Below are positions 38,520-49,122 of a stretch of DNA of 64,000 nucleotides, in pieces; the stretch's first letter is position 1, and each line of letters begins with the position of its first letter. The notes under the pieces were generated by a model, which worked only from the letters and a program-made list of their open reading frames with translations, searched no databases and was not told the origin of the DNA. The DNA lies in NCBI GenBank assembly GCA_009392915.1, contig CP045477.1, positions 775,633-839,632 on the forward strand, written 5' to 3'. This stretch comes from Candidatus Forterrea multitransposorum CG_2015-17_Forterrea_25_41. GTDB lineage: Archaea; Iainarchaeota; Iainarchaeia; Iainarchaeales; CSSED10-239. The position numbers and the translations under genes were made by a program.

Positions 38520-38972
38520 GTGGTTGTTATTTTTGGTTTTTTTAAAGGTAAAATTAATGTGATTCTAAATAAACATGATTTTACACCTGGCGATATAATT
38601 GAAGGAAAAATGATTTTAACTGTAAAAAGAGATTTTGAATCAAAAGGGGCTTATGTTTATTTGTCTGCAATTCAGCAAACAAGAGTTAATAATTCTGGAC
38701 AATCAACAACAAGATCTTCAATAATTTATGATTTTAAACTAGATCTTGAAAATGAAAGAGCTTATACTAAAGGAGAAGTTGTAGAGTTTCCTTTTCAATT
38801 AAAAATACCTCTAGATGTATTTACTCCTACAAAGACTCAACAAAACATAATTAAAGCAGTTAGTTTTTTAACAGGTGATAGATATAGTATCTATTGGAGT
38901 GTTTTAGGAAAGGTTAGAGTTAGAAGATGTTTAACAAACATAACTAAAAAAGTAAGAATTACTGTTCAATAG
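38520..38972 (+). CDS. Hypothetical beta-rich protein (possible arrestin/Spo0M-like fold)
   Basis: Track start is GTG embedded in AGAGGTGG. An alternative ATG at 38610 with a GAAGGA ribosome-binding site would give 120 aa. Confidence 0.3.
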   Translation: MVVIFGFFKGKINVILNKHDFTPGDIIEGKMILTVKRDFESKGAYVYLSAIQQTRVNNSGQSTTRSSIIYDFKLDLENERAYTKGEVVEFPFQLKIPLDVFTPTKTQQNIIKAVSFLTGDRYSIYWSVLGKVRVRRCLTNITKKVRITVQ

Positions 38973-39056
38973 TTTTATTTTTTTAACAAAAAATGTAGTT
39001 TTTTAAAATTTAAATAAACTACTCTCTTTTTATTTTTTTAACTTCTTAATATATAT

Positions 39057-40214
39057 ATGTACAATTCAATAATTATTCATTACAATGAAATTGCAATTAA
39101 AGGGAAAAATCGAATTTTCTTTGAAAAAAAATTAATTTCAAATATTCATGCGTCTCTTAATAAAAAACATAAGATAACAAGGCATTATGGTTTTATCTTA
39201 ATTGATATAAATAAACCTTCTTTAGAAGAAATAAAAATTTTAGAAAATAAATTAACTAAAATACCTGGTATTGCAAATTTTTCATTTGCTTTTAAATCAT
39301 CTTTAGACTTTGAAAATTTAAAAAAGCAAACAATTCTTTTTTTAAAAAATCAAGATTTTAATACTTTTAAAGTGGATGCTAGAAGAAGTAATAAACAATT
39401 CCCTTTAACTTCTCCACAAATTAATGTTTCCTTAGGAGAAGTAATTTATAATTCTTTAAATAAAAAAGTAGATATTAAAAATCCAGATTTAACTTTATTT
39501 GTTGAAGTTTCTTTAAAAGAAATATTTATTTTTACAAGTAGAACTCCTGGTCTTGGAGGACTTCCTGTAGGTGTTAGTGCAAATGTAATTTGTTCTCTTT
39601 CAGGTGGTATTGACAGTCCAGTAGCAGCTTTTCTTTTTATGAAGAGAGGTGCAAAAGTTATATTTGTTCACATCTATAATAATACTTTAGTTAAAAAAGA
39701 AATTTTAGATAAAATAAAAACACTTGTAACTACTTTAAATCAATTTCAAGGTAATTCTAAATTATATGTAGTTCCTTTTTCTGAAATTCAAAAACACATA
39801 ATTGCAAATATTGATTCTGATTATAGAATGATTATCTATAGAAGATTTATGTTCAAAATAATTGATGAAATTTCAAAAAAAGAAAATGCAAAGGCTGTAA
39901 TAACAGGAGATAATATAGGTCAAGTAGCTTCTCAAACTATTGAAAATATGACTACTATTTATTCAGCAACAAAATTACCAATTTTTTCTCCATTAATAGC
40001 TTTTGATAAAAATGAAATAATTTCTATTGCAAAAAAAATAGATACTTACAAAACTTCAATAATTCCTTATCCTGATTGTTGTTCTTATATGCTTTCAAAG
40101 CATCCAAGAACTAGATCTACAGTAGATGAAATTTTAGATTTTGAAAAAAAAATTGAAAATGAAGAAGATTTAATTAATAATGCAATTTCTTCTTCAGATA
40201 TTATTTTAGTTTAG
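39057..40214 (+). CDS. thiI: tRNA 4-thiouridine synthase ThiI
   Basis: THUMP-like N-terminus and PP-loop SGGIDSPVAAFLFMKRGAKVIFVH. Confidence 0.85.
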   Translation: MYNSIIIHYNEIAIKGKNRIFFEKKLISNIHASLNKKHKITRHYGFILIDINKPSLEEIKILENKLTKIPGIANFSFAFKSSLDFENLKKQTILFLKNQDFNTFKVDARRSNKQFPLTSPQINVSLGEVIYNSLNKKVDIKNPDLTLFVEVSLKEIFIFTSRTPGLGGLPVGVSANVICSLSGGIDSPVAAFLFMKRGAKVIFVHIYNNTLVKKEILDKIKTLVTTLNQFQGNSKLYVVPFSEIQKHIIANIDSDYRMIIYRRFMFKIIDEISKKENAKAVITGDNIGQVASQTIENMTTIYSATKLPIFSPLIAFDKNEIISIAKKIDTYKTSIIPYPDCCSYMLSKHPRTRSTVDEILDFEKKIENEEDLINNAISSSDIILV

Positions 40215-40994
40215 AGTTGTACAAGTAACATTTCCATAAATATTAATACTTGTACTTACATCATCTTTATAACTCATGCTACTTTCGTTTGGAAAAACAC
40301 TATTTGTCATTTTTTTAGATAAAAAGTCATCAATTCCTTCTAAACTTTCAAAGACACAAACTTCTGTGCTTCCAATAAACATTTCAGCAGTTTCTTTTTC
40401 AGCACCATTTACTGGAGTATATCCTGGTTTTTCTTTTTCTTCATTTATAAGTGCTATAACTTCTTGTTTTGCTTGATTTTTTTCTTCTAAAGTAATTTCT
40501 CCTTCAAGTTTACTATTATCGAAGTCAGGATCAAAAGATTTTAAAAGCATATATTGAAAATAAACTGCGTCTAAGTTTTCTTCTTTATTTACATATTCTA
40601 AAACATCGTCATAATCAAAAGATACATTTGCATCGATTGTTTTTATTTCAACTTCACATTTATCATCTTCATTTAGACCTTTAATATTGTAATTTAGATC
40701 TTGACTTAAATACATCATAAACAAAGATGTAGTTTCTTGTCTATTCTCAAAATTACTTGGGATACAATCTTTAGAATTATCTAAAAAATCAGTTTCTTGA
40801 TTGTTACTATAGTGCCCAGAAATATAATTTTTATAAACATAAATTAGCCCATATGTGCAAAATCCAATAACTATTAAAAAAATAACAGTAATTACTATTG
40901 CTTTATAGTTTTTATTATTTGGTTCTTTTATATCTTTTAAAGTGTTTTCTTCTCTTTTTGGTATTAAATTTTCTAAATCAGTACTCATAATCAT
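40206..40994 (-). CDS. N-terminally anchored acidic extracytoplasmic protein (hypothetical)
   Basis: TM AIVITVIFLIVIGFCTYGLIYVY followed by an acidic domain containing several Cys. Confidence 0.3.
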   Translation of the reverse strand: MIMSTDLENLIPKREENTLKDIKEPNNKNYKAIVITVIFLIVIGFCTYGLIYVYKNYISGHYSNNQETDFLDNSKDCIPSNFENRQETTSLFMMYLSQDLNYNIKGLNEDDKCEVEIKTIDANVSFDYDDVLEYVNKEENLDAVYFQYMLLKSFDPDFDNSKLEGEITLEEKNQAKQEVIALINEEKEKPGYTPVNGAEKETAEMFIGSTEVCVFESLEGIDDFLSKKMTNSVFPNESSMSYKDDVSTSINIYGNVTCTTLN

Positions 40995-41101
40995 CTTTCC
41001 TTTTTTAATGGTTATTTATTTTTAATACAATTATTCTTTTAAATAGATCTTTGAAAAATAAAACAATAAGCTATAAAAAACCAATTTATCTTAAATATAA
41101 T

Positions 41102-42316
41102 ATGAGTGATAACATTTTTTATGAATATTTAAACAAAGGTTCTCTATTTGTAAATAAAAATAAAATATCACCTCATTATGTTCCAGAAAAATTACCTTTT
41201 AGAGATGAACAAATAAAAGAATTGTCCTTATGGCTTTCTCCTGCACTTAAAAAAGAAAAACCACATAATATATTTATTTATGGAAAGGTAGGCACAGGTA
41301 AAACTTCTGCTGTAAGGCATGTTGTAAATCAATTAGATAGTATTTCAAAAGAAAATAATCTTTGTCTTTATACACTTTATCTTAATTGTAGAAATTATCA
41401 AACAAAACATGCTATTCTTTTTTACTGTGTTCAATCGTTTTATCCTGATAAAAATTTTGTAGGTTATTCAAAATCTTTTATTTATGATAAATTTATAACT
41501 TTTTTAAAAGAAAATGAATTGAATTTTGTTGTAATTTTAGATGAAATTGATAAAATTAAAGATAGAGAGATAGATGACTTAATATATACTTTATCTAGAA
41601 GTAATGATGAATTAGGTGTTGGATCTAGTGTTTCAATGATTGGTATTTCAAATAATTTATTTTTTATGTCAAGACTTGATCCTAGAACAAAAAGTTCTTT
41701 ATGTGAGCAAGAGGCTGTATATCCTCCGTATAATGCTGAAGAACTAAAAGAAATTTTAAAACAAAGAGTATCTTTAACTTTTAAAGAAAATGTTGTTCTA
41801 GATTCTGCAATAAATTCAGCTGCTGCAATGGCTGCAAAAGAATCTGGTGATGCAAGGACTGCTTTAATGCTTTTACTTAAAGCTGGTGAAATTGCAGATA
41901 TGAATAAAAAAGATTTTGTAACTGATAAAGAAGTACATTTAGCAAAAGATAAAGTTGAACATGAGATTATTAGAAGTATGGTTTTAACATTGCCTGTTCA
42001 ATTACAATTAGTTTTACTTGCTATAACAGAAAGATCAGAATCTCCAAAAGGAATTTTAAAGATTGATGGATCTTATGAAGAAAATGTGCTTTATTCTGGT
42101 GAGATATACGATACATATATAGTTGTTTCAAATAAATATGGTGAAAAACCAGTGTCTATGAGATGGTTTAGAGAGTATATCAATGAATTAGAAGCTTATG
42201 GTTTCATTTCTACTACTCAATCAGGTAAAGGTGTTAAAGGAAACACCACTTTAATAAAATTAGGTGTTGATTCTAAAAGCATAAAAGATCTTTTAGAAAA
42301 AGAATTTAATGTTTAG
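41102..42316 (+). CDS. cdc6: Orc1/Cdc6 replication initiator
   Basis: Walker A GKVGTGKTS, Walker B VVILDEIDKI, and a C-terminal winged helix. The track start at 41051 is a TTG; the ATG at 41102 (MSDNIFYEYL) is preferred. Confidence 0.85.
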   Translation: MSDNIFYEYLNKGSLFVNKNKISPHYVPEKLPFRDEQIKELSLWLSPALKKEKPHNIFIYGKVGTGKTSAVRHVVNQLDSISKENNLCLYTLYLNCRNYQTKHAILFYCVQSFYPDKNFVGYSKSFIYDKFITFLKENELNFVVILDEIDKIKDREIDDLIYTLSRSNDELGVGSSVSMIGISNNLFFMSRLDPRTKSSLCEQEAVYPPYNAEELKEILKQRVSLTFKENVVLDSAINSAAAMAAKESGDARTALMLLLKAGEIADMNKKDFVTDKEVHLAKDKVEHEIIRSMVLTLPVQLQLVLLAITERSESPKGILKIDGSYEENVLYSGEIYDTYIVVSNKYGEKPVSMRWFREYINELEAYGFISTTQSGKGVKGNTTLIKLGVDSKSIKDLLEKEFNV

Positions 42317-43127
42317 TTTTTCTAATTTTTTTCCAAATTGGCTCTTTTTTAGTTTTTAGAGGTTTTATTTTTTGTTTTTTTTCTTTTAAATCAATATAAT
42401 TTTTAAATTTATTTATAAATGTAGATTTTACATTTTCAAAGTTTATTTTTTCTGATTTTATTCCACCTTCAATATATGCATCAAGATAACTTATAATAAT
42501 TCTTTCATATTCTTTATCTGTAACTGTTGAATATTTTCTTGGAAGAACTCCAGAAGTTGGAATTTTCATTTTTTTTGAAATATCAACTAAATTTGAAATA
42601 ACTTTTTGTTTCCAATTTCCTAATATTTTATTTGCTTCTTTTGTTTTTAGACTATATTTTTTTCCTTGAATTAAATTTATTTGTAATTCTTTTTTACCAT
42701 TTTTAAATAAAAATATAAAATTAAAAGATCCAAAGTTTTCTCCTTGAAAATAAGCATTTATCTGAAATGGAGCTTCAACATGTTTATTTGAATAACCAAT
42801 TTCAGGAATTATTTCAGAAGATGCATATTTAAGAGTTATTTTTTTATCTAAATTAAAATTTTCAATTTTTTTTTCAAAAACTTTTTTAAATTTTAAATTA
42901 TAATCAACTATTTTAAAAAATTCAGCATCAGGATAAAAAGAATTTCTAGGAAGATTTGACAGTACCATTAAAGCGGTTTCTATTTTTTCAGGAGTTTTAT
43001 ATTTGTCAATTAAATTTTGAATAAATGTAGGTTCATGTCCAATAGTGTATTGTGTTTGAAGTTTAATTGCTCCTTTATAATTAGTAATTATTTTATCTAT
43101 TAAAGGATTTTTAGGCATTATTTTCAC
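42306..43127 (-). CDS. Hypothetical protein (273 aa)
   Basis: ORF only; basic C-terminus. Confidence 0.25.
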   Translation of the reverse strand: MKIMPKNPLIDKIITNYKGAIKLQTQYTIGHEPTFIQNLIDKYKTPEKIETALMVLSNLPRNSFYPDAEFFKIVDYNLKFKKVFEKKIENFNLDKKITLKYASSEIIPEIGYSNKHVEAPFQINAYFQGENFGSFNFIFLFKNGKKELQINLIQGKKYSLKTKEANKILGNWKQKVISNLVDISKKMKIPTSGVLPRKYSTVTDKEYERIIISYLDAYIEGGIKSEKINFENVKSTFINKFKNYIDLKEKKQKIKPLKTKKEPIWKKIRKTKH

Positions 43128-43829
43128 TTATCCTCTGAATAAAAATAATTTTAGATACCCAATATATGGTATTCTTAATATTTTTTTACCCATTAAGTTT
43201 TCAACATTAATTGGATAAACATTTAAACAACCATTCACAATATAGTTTCCTGAAATTGCACAATCTTGATCAATAATATAATTTGTTTCTCCATTATCTC
43301 CTTTGGTTAAAACATATTTTCCATCATTTGCATTAATAATTAAAACAACTCTATGAATAATATCTCTGCCAGTAAGATTTGATTTATAGACTACTACTGA
43401 ATTATTTTTTTCAATAGCGTCTTTAATTTCAATAATTTGATTATTAATTTCTATTGTTTTAACTTCATTGTTTCCATAACTATTTAATTTATATTCCATT
43501 TTTGCAAATTCACTTAAATTTTTAGTTGAAATATTTTCATCAATAGTAATTATTTCTGATTTTAAATTTTTAGCAGAAGATATAACCATAATATCTCCTC
43601 TATAAAAACTAGGCTCCATTGATCCAGAAACAACTGTTGCAAGAGGAAGTGAAGTTCCTAAAATTAATCCTAATAATTTAAAAATAATAAATGCTAAAAT
43701 AAGAGAATAGACTAAATAAAAAATCCAATACATTATTTTTGTATCTAAACTTTTAGGTTTTCCAAAAAGTCTTAAAAGAAGTGTATCTATGTAATAGTAT
43801 GGATCTAAATATTTTAATCTATCTTTCAT
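43128..43829 (-). CDS. Signal peptidase I (archaeal Sec11/S26 type)
   Basis: N-terminal TM, then VVSGSMEPSFYRGDIMV (S26 catalytic Ser box). Confidence 0.65.
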   Translation of the reverse strand: MKDRLKYLDPYYYIDTLLLRLFGKPKSLDTKIMYWIFYLVYSLILAFIIFKLLGLILGTSLPLATVVSGSMEPSFYRGDIMVISSAKNLKSEIITIDENISTKNLSEFAKMEYKLNSYGNNEVKTIEINNQIIEIKDAIEKNNSVVVYKSNLTGRDIIHRVVLIINANDGKYVLTKGDNGETNYIIDQDCAISGNYIVNGCLNVYPINVENLMGKKILRIPYIGYLKLFLFRG

Positions 43830-43840
43830 TATTTAAAACC

Positions 43841-44119
43841 TTAATCTTGTGTAAGTTTTTGAAGGTTGTTAATTGTTGATAAAACATTTTCTTCAGCTTC
43901 TGAAATACATTCTAAGAAAACATCTTTTGCTGCTTGTTCTTTTGTTCTTAAATAAAAAATAAATTCGTTTGTTAAGTGATCAGATTTTTTAAGAGCTACA
44001 AATTCTACATCTCTTTTAGAACTTGCAATATTTTCAATTAAATAGAAAAAAGAAACATCTTCTTCTATAATTTTAATTTCAATTTCATTTTTTTCTTTTT
44101 TTATAAATTCAAAATCCAT
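43841..44119 (-). CDS. rpo11: DNA-directed RNA polymerase subunit Rpo11 (L)
   Basis: About 92 aa. KRDVEFVALKKSDHLTNEFIFYLRT parallels the Rpo11 EDVEFAAY..PHPL...I motif. Sits beside csl4, as in the conserved archaeal neighbourhood. Confidence 0.45.
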   Translation of the reverse strand: MDFEFIKKEKNEIEIKIIEEDVSFFYLIENIASSKRDVEFVALKKSDHLTNEFIFYLRTKEQAAKDVFLECISEAEENVLSTINNLQKLTQD

Positions 44120-44125
44120 GGTTAT

Positions 44126-44548
44126 TCACATTTTCCCTATTTTTTTAGTATTTATTGTTTTACAATTTAAACATTTAATACTAGCGTCTGTTAAATTTAA
44201 TTCAGCTTTACAATTTTTACAGTATGATTTTATAACTCCAAGATCAGGTTCACTAATCTTAATTTTAAAACCAAATTTATCTTGTTCTGTAATTTTCGCT
44301 TTAACAATATCCCCAATCCTTACAACATCTCCCATTTTTTCAACATAATCTTCAGATGCATTATTAATAAATAAGATTCCTGTTGCTGAAGGGCTTAAAA
44401 CATGTTCACTTTTATTATTTATGTTTACAATGGCTATTTTATCAGTTGTTTGTACAACTTCACCAATAACTATATCTCCTTCTCTAAGAGTTCTTTGTTG
44501 AGGTATATTTTTAAGTATTTTTTGTATATTATCTTCTTTAGAATTCAA
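44126..44548 (-). CDS. csl4: Exosome complex RNA-binding subunit Csl4
   Basis: S1-like domain (GDIVIGEVVQTTDKIAIVNI) and a C-terminal Zn-ribbon (CKNCKAELN...CLNCK). Confidence 0.55.
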   Translation of the reverse strand: MNSKEDNIQKILKNIPQQRTLREGDIVIGEVVQTTDKIAIVNINNKSEHVLSPSATGILFINNASEDYVEKMGDVVRIGDIVKAKITEQDKFGFKIKISEPDLGVIKSYCKNCKAELNLTDASIKCLNCKTINTKKIGKM

Positions 44549-44648
44549 TTTTAATCACATTTTTTTAAGTATAATTATAAAATAAGTTATAATAATATAT
44601 ATTATATAATTAGAAATATTTTTATATTGTTTCCTTATCTATTTTTGT

Positions 44649-45503
44649 ATGGTTCTAGAATTAATTACAAATACTTTTAAGTTAAGAAGTAGACCTTACT
44701 TAATGTTTTTTGAAGCTATTTTACTTACAGTTTTTGCAATATTTTTTTCAAATAGTATTTTTCCAGGTAAATATTTAAGTGTTGCAATTTTATCTTTTAT
44801 AATCATAGGTGCAGTTCCTTTATTAAACCGTGTTTATTCTTATGATTCATATATTACAAATTATTCTAAACCTTTTTTTCTAAGACACAAACAAATTTTT
44901 ATTTTATTATTTTTTTTCTTTTTAGGGATTGTTTTTACATTAATAACTTCTTATTTTGTATTAAGTGATAATGTTTCTGAAAACCTTTTTAACGCACAAT
45001 TTGAAGAACTTGAAAGAGTAAGTGAAGTTAGAAATTCAATAACTGGTGATTTATCTTCAAGTGGTTATAATACAAATAAATTTTGGGAAGTTTTCTATTT
45101 AATTTTTAACAATAATTTAATAGTTGTAATTTCTGCAATAATTCTATCTTTTTTTTATGGTGCTGGTGGTTTATTTTTAATTGCTTGGAATGCATCTCTT
45201 TTAGCGGTTGTAATTATTAATTATATTTCCTCTGCAGTTTATCATACAGGAATTAATGCTGCAATCATGGGTTCAAAACATGGACTTATAGCTTTTTTAG
45301 GTTTTATTCCTCATGGTTTTTTTGAAGTTTTAGCATATTTTGTAGCTTCTGTTGCAGGAGCTATTTTTGCAAGAGATCTTTTTAAAGGTGTTTTTAATAC
45401 TCCTTTTAAGTGGCATGCTGCAAGAGATTTTTTATATTTATTTTTACTTGCTATATTTTGTTTAATTATTGGTGGATTAATAGAAGCAAGTTATTTTGTT
45501 TAG
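44649..45503 (+). CDS. SpoIIM-like (stage II sporulation protein M family) polytopic membrane protein
   Basis: Six TM helices. GFIPHGFFEVLAYFVASVAGAIFA resembles the SpoIIM-family conserved segment. Confidence 0.4.
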   Translation: MVLELITNTFKLRSRPYLMFFEAILLTVFAIFFSNSIFPGKYLSVAILSFIIIGAVPLLNRVYSYDSYITNYSKPFFLRHKQIFILLFFFFLGIVFTLITSYFVLSDNVSENLFNAQFEELERVSEVRNSITGDLSSSGYNTNKFWEVFYLIFNNNLIVVISAIILSFFYGAGGLFLIAWNASLLAVVIINYISSAVYHTGINAAIMGSKHGLIAFLGFIPHGFFEVLAYFVASVAGAIFARDLFKGVFNTPFKWHAARDFLYLFLLAIFCLIIGGLIEASYFV

Positions 45504-45548
45504 TAAATCTAACACATTTTTATTTCTTTTCATATACTAAATATATTT

Positions 45549-46544
45549 ATGTCTTATAACTACATTATCAAATATCCTTTTTCAAACAAAGCAAAAGAAT
45601 ATTTAGAATCAAAAGAAATTGATCTTTTTTCAATTAATGAAGAAACTATTAAAAAAGCAACTTTGTTTATTTTAAAAACTGTTTTTCAAGACATACAAGA
45701 AAATGAAAAACAATGGAAAGAATATCTTAGAATTGATGATGAAAGAATCGCAAAAATGTTTGCAACCTTATATCCTTTATCAAGAATTCTTTTAAATGTA
45801 GTAGACTATAATCCTCTTTATCAAAGATTTGGTGAATACTATCAAAAACAATTGCATTATTATTTAAAACAACTTTTAGATAAAGAAGAATTTAAAGAAA
45901 TACAAGATGATTTATGTAAAGAAATTAAATTTGATGAGGATAAAAACAAATATTATCTAAATTTAGTTGAATATTTATCCTTAAACTTAACAGATGATTA
46001 TAAATTACAATATTCTAATCTTGATGATGGTAAAATTTATTTTACAAAATTAGAAGTTATTGATTTATTATCTGTAATTTTAAAGAAGAGAATTTTAAAA
46101 AATATAGATCTTGAAAAAAAAGATCTTCCTAAATTATTTTTAGAATATGGGGATTATATTAGAAAAAAAGTAATTTCTGAAAATACTTTTGACATTAAAA
46201 CAATTAATAAACCTGAAGTTAATACTTTTCCACCATGCTTTTTAAAAATATATAACAAACTTATAGGTGGAGAAAAACTATCTCATATTGAAAATTTTTA
46301 TATTGCTGTTTTTTTATCTAACATAGGTTATAATTTTGATGAAATATTACATCTTTTTAAAAACTTACCAAACTATGATGAAAAAATTGCAAGTTATCAA
46401 ATCCAAAAAATAATTGAAAAAAAATATGCAGTTCCAAATTGTGATACTCTAAAAAGCAATGGTTTATGTGTTAATGATTGTAAAACAAAACATCCTTTTC
46501 AATTGTTTAAAAATATAAAAAAAGGTGAAAAAACAAATGAATGA
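45549..46544 (+). CDS. priL: DNA primase large subunit PriL (Fe-S)
   Basis: FPPCFLKIYNKLIGGEKLSHIENFYIAVFLSNIGYNFDEILHLFK aligns with p58C FPPCMRQLHKAL...[20 protein letters not shown]. Downstream Cys triad NCDTLKSNGLCVNDC. Confidence 0.75.
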   Translation: MSYNYIIKYPFSNKAKEYLESKEIDLFSINEETIKKATLFILKTVFQDIQENEKQWKEYLRIDDERIAKMFATLYPLSRILLNVVDYNPLYQRFGEYYQKQLHYYLKQLLDKEEFKEIQDDLCKEIKFDEDKNKYYLNLVEYLSLNLTDDYKLQYSNLDDGKIYFTKLEVIDLLSVILKKRILKNIDLEKKDLPKLFLEYGDYIRKKVISENTFDIKTINKPEVNTFPPCFLKIYNKLIGGEKLSHIENFYIAVFLSNIGYNFDEILHLFKNLPNYDEKIASYQIQKIIEKKYAVPNCDTLKSNGLCVNDCKTKHPFQLFKNIKKGEKTNE

Positions 46545-48057
46545 TCAAAAAGTACTTTTACTTATATTAGATGGTGTGGGAGTTAATAAAGAATATCCAG
46601 GCAATGCTCCATTTTTAGCAAATACAAAAACATTAGATTCTTTAATTAAAAAATATCCTTATCTAGAATTAGGTGCAAGTGAAGAATATGTTGGACTTTC
46701 AAAAGGACAGATTGGAGGTTCTGAGATTGGTCATTTAACAATTGGTGCTGGTAGAATAGTCCTTTCAGATATTGAAAGAATTAATAGATCAATAAAAGAT
46801 AAATCTTTTTTTAAAAATAAAATATTAAACCAAGCTTTTAAGGATGTTAAAAAAGATAATTCTCTTCATATAATGGGTCTTTTAAGTGATGGTGGAGTTC
46901 ATTCTCATATTAACCATTTATTTGCTTTAATTGATATGGTTAAATTAAAAAAATTAAAAAAAGTATATTTACATCTTTTTGGAGATGGTAGAGATGTTCC
47001 TCCTAAATCTATTCTTGAATATATTTCAAAATTAAAAGCATACATCTATAAAAGAAAATTAGAACATGTAATTGAGATTGCAAGTCTTGCAGGTAGATAT
47101 TATGCAATGGATAGAGATCATAAATGGGATAGAATTGAAAAAGCTTACAAAGTAATTGTTACCGGAGAAGGAAATATTGATGATAGTAAAGCTGTATTTA
47201 TAAAAAAAAGCTATAAAAAAGGAATTACAGATGAATTTTTAGTTCCAACTTTATTTGATAAAGATGCTTTAATTAAAAACAAAGATACAGTTATTTTTTT
47301 TAATTTTAGAAGTGATAGAGCAAGAGCAATATCAAGTGCTTTTATTGATAAATCTTTTAAAAATTTTAAAACTAAAAAATTAAATCTGAATTTTTATTCT
47401 TTTACTCAATATGATAAAAACTTTAAAAATCTAAATGTTATTTTTCCTCCATTAAAACCAGCTACAGGTTTAGGACAAATAATTTCAAAGCTTGGTTATA
47501 AACAATTAAGAGCTGCAGAAACAGAAAAATATGCACATGTAACTTATTTTTTTAATCAAGGTCAAGAAAAAGCAAACAAAAATGAAGATAGAATATTAGT
47601 TCCATCTCCAAAGATTTCAACTTATGATCTTATGCCAGAGATGTCTCTTTTAAAGTTAATTAAAAAAGTAATTCCTGCAATTAAGAAAAACTATAAATTA
47701 ATGGTTATTAATTTTGCAAATGGTGATATGGTTGGACATACTGGAAATTTACATTCTACAATTTCTTCTTTAGAGTATATGGATGATTCTATTAATAAAA
47801 TATTAAAAACAATTGATAAAAAAACAACTTTGATAATTACTGCAGATCATGGTAATTGTGATGAAATGATTTATCCTGACAAATCAATGAGTACAGCTCA
47901 TAGTTTAAATAAAGTTCCATTTATTTTAGTGTCTGATAAGTTTTCTTTGAAAAAAAATATTAAAAAACCAACTCTTGCAAATATTGCTCCAACAATTTTA
48001 GATATTTTAGATGAAAAGATACCAAAAGATATGGATAAATCTCTTTTAAAAAAATGA
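46525..48057 (+). CDS. gpmI: 2,3-bisphosphoglycerate-independent phosphoglycerate mutase (bacterial-type iPGM)
   Basis: LLLILDGVG, SDGGVHSH, ITADHGN motifs and length of about 510 aa. Overlaps priL by 20 nt. Confidence 0.85.
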   Translation: MKKQMNDQKVLLLILDGVGVNKEYPGNAPFLANTKTLDSLIKKYPYLELGASEEYVGLSKGQIGGSEIGHLTIGAGRIVLSDIERINRSIKDKSFFKNKILNQAFKDVKKDNSLHIMGLLSDGGVHSHINHLFALIDMVKLKKLKKVYLHLFGDGRDVPPKSILEYISKLKAYIYKRKLEHVIEIASLAGRYYAMDRDHKWDRIEKAYKVIVTGEGNIDDSKAVFIKKSYKKGITDEFLVPTLFDKDALIKNKDTVIFFNFRSDRARAISSAFIDKSFKNFKTKKLNLNFYSFTQYDKNFKNLNVIFPPLKPATGLGQIISKLGYKQLRAAETEKYAHVTYFFNQGQEKANKNEDRILVPSPKISTYDLMPEMSLLKLIKKVIPAIKKNYKLMVINFANGDMVGHTGNLHSTISSLEYMDDSINKILKTIDKKTTLIITADHGNCDEMIYPDKSMSTAHSLNKVPFILVSDKFSLKKNIKKPTLANIAPTILDILDEKIPKDMDKSLLKK

Positions 48058-48063
48058 TTTTTT

Positions 48064-49092
48064 ATGAATATTATAAAAATAGATTATAAAACAAAAGAAA
48101 TTGTTTTCATTCCTCAAACAATAGAAGATTTATGGGTTATAAAAACTATTGCTCAAGAAGGAGATGTTATAAGTGGTAGTTCATATAGAAGACTTAAAAA
48201 TGAACAAACAGGAGATAGTGATAGAAAACCTGTTTTTGTGAAAATTGATATTGAAAAAAAAGATTATTCTTCAACTCTTAACTCTTTAAGATTTACTGGA
48301 AAAATATTTTTTTCAAAACCAGAAGACTTTGCACCCTTAGGAGAATATCATACCTTAGAAGTTTCTCTTCAAAATAAATTTTCAATTACTAAAAAAGAAC
48401 TTTTTGATTTTCAAATTGATCTTTTAAAAAATGCATCTTCTTTAAAAAATAAAATTAATGTTGTTATTTTAGATGATGAAATTTCTGAAATTTATATGTT
48501 ATCTGGAATTTCAAATGAAAATATTGCAGTTATAAAATCAGGTAAACATGGAAAAAGATATAATCAATCATTTGATTTTACTAACTTTTTTGAATCTATT
48601 TATTCTGTTGTTTCAAACAATAAAGAACAATTGATTATTGCAGGCCCAGGAGGTACTAAAAATTTATTTTCAAAATATTTAATTGAAAAGTATAGTCTTT
48701 CATCTTTAGTTGTAAATCTTTCAAGTACTTCTAAATCTGCAATTAATGAACTTTTAGGTAAAAAAGAAATTTTAAAATTTTTTGAAAATTCAATTATTGT
48801 AAAAGAAAAAAACATGATTGATTCTTTTAAAGAAAATCTTGGAAAAGATAATTCTCTTGCAATCTATGGTTATACTGAGATTTTAAATATTTTAAGTACA
48901 GGTGCCTGTGATTTTATTTTAATATCTTATTCTTTTTGGCAAAAAGATATTGATAAAGTACAAAACTTAATTAAAGAAGCTGAGAAATATAAAACAAAAG
49001 TTCATGTGGTTGATGAAAGACATGAAGAAGTAATTAAAACATTAAATTCTTTTGGTGGAATTATTTCTGTTTTAAGATATAAGTTATTTTAA
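48064..49092 (+). CDS. pelA: Pelota (Dom34) ribosome rescue factor
   Basis: N-terminal IEDLWVIKTIAQEGDVISGSSYRR and central/eRF1-like domains. 342 aa. Confidence 0.75.
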   Translation: MNIIKIDYKTKEIVFIPQTIEDLWVIKTIAQEGDVISGSSYRRLKNEQTGDSDRKPVFVKIDIEKKDYSSTLNSLRFTGKIFFSKPEDFAPLGEYHTLEVSLQNKFSITKKELFDFQIDLLKNASSLKNKINVVILDDEISEIYMLSGISNENIAVIKSGKHGKRYNQSFDFTNFFESIYSVVSNNKEQLIIAGPGGTKNLFSKYLIEKYSLSSLVVNLSSTSKSAINELLGKKEILKFFENSIIVKEKNMIDSFKENLGKDNSLAIYGYTEILNILSTGACDFILISYSFWQKDIDKVQNLIKEAEKYKTKVHVVDERHEEVIKTLNSFGGIISVLRYKLF

Positions 49093-49122
49093 AAAAATAA
49101 AAGTAGATGGTTAAAAATAAAA

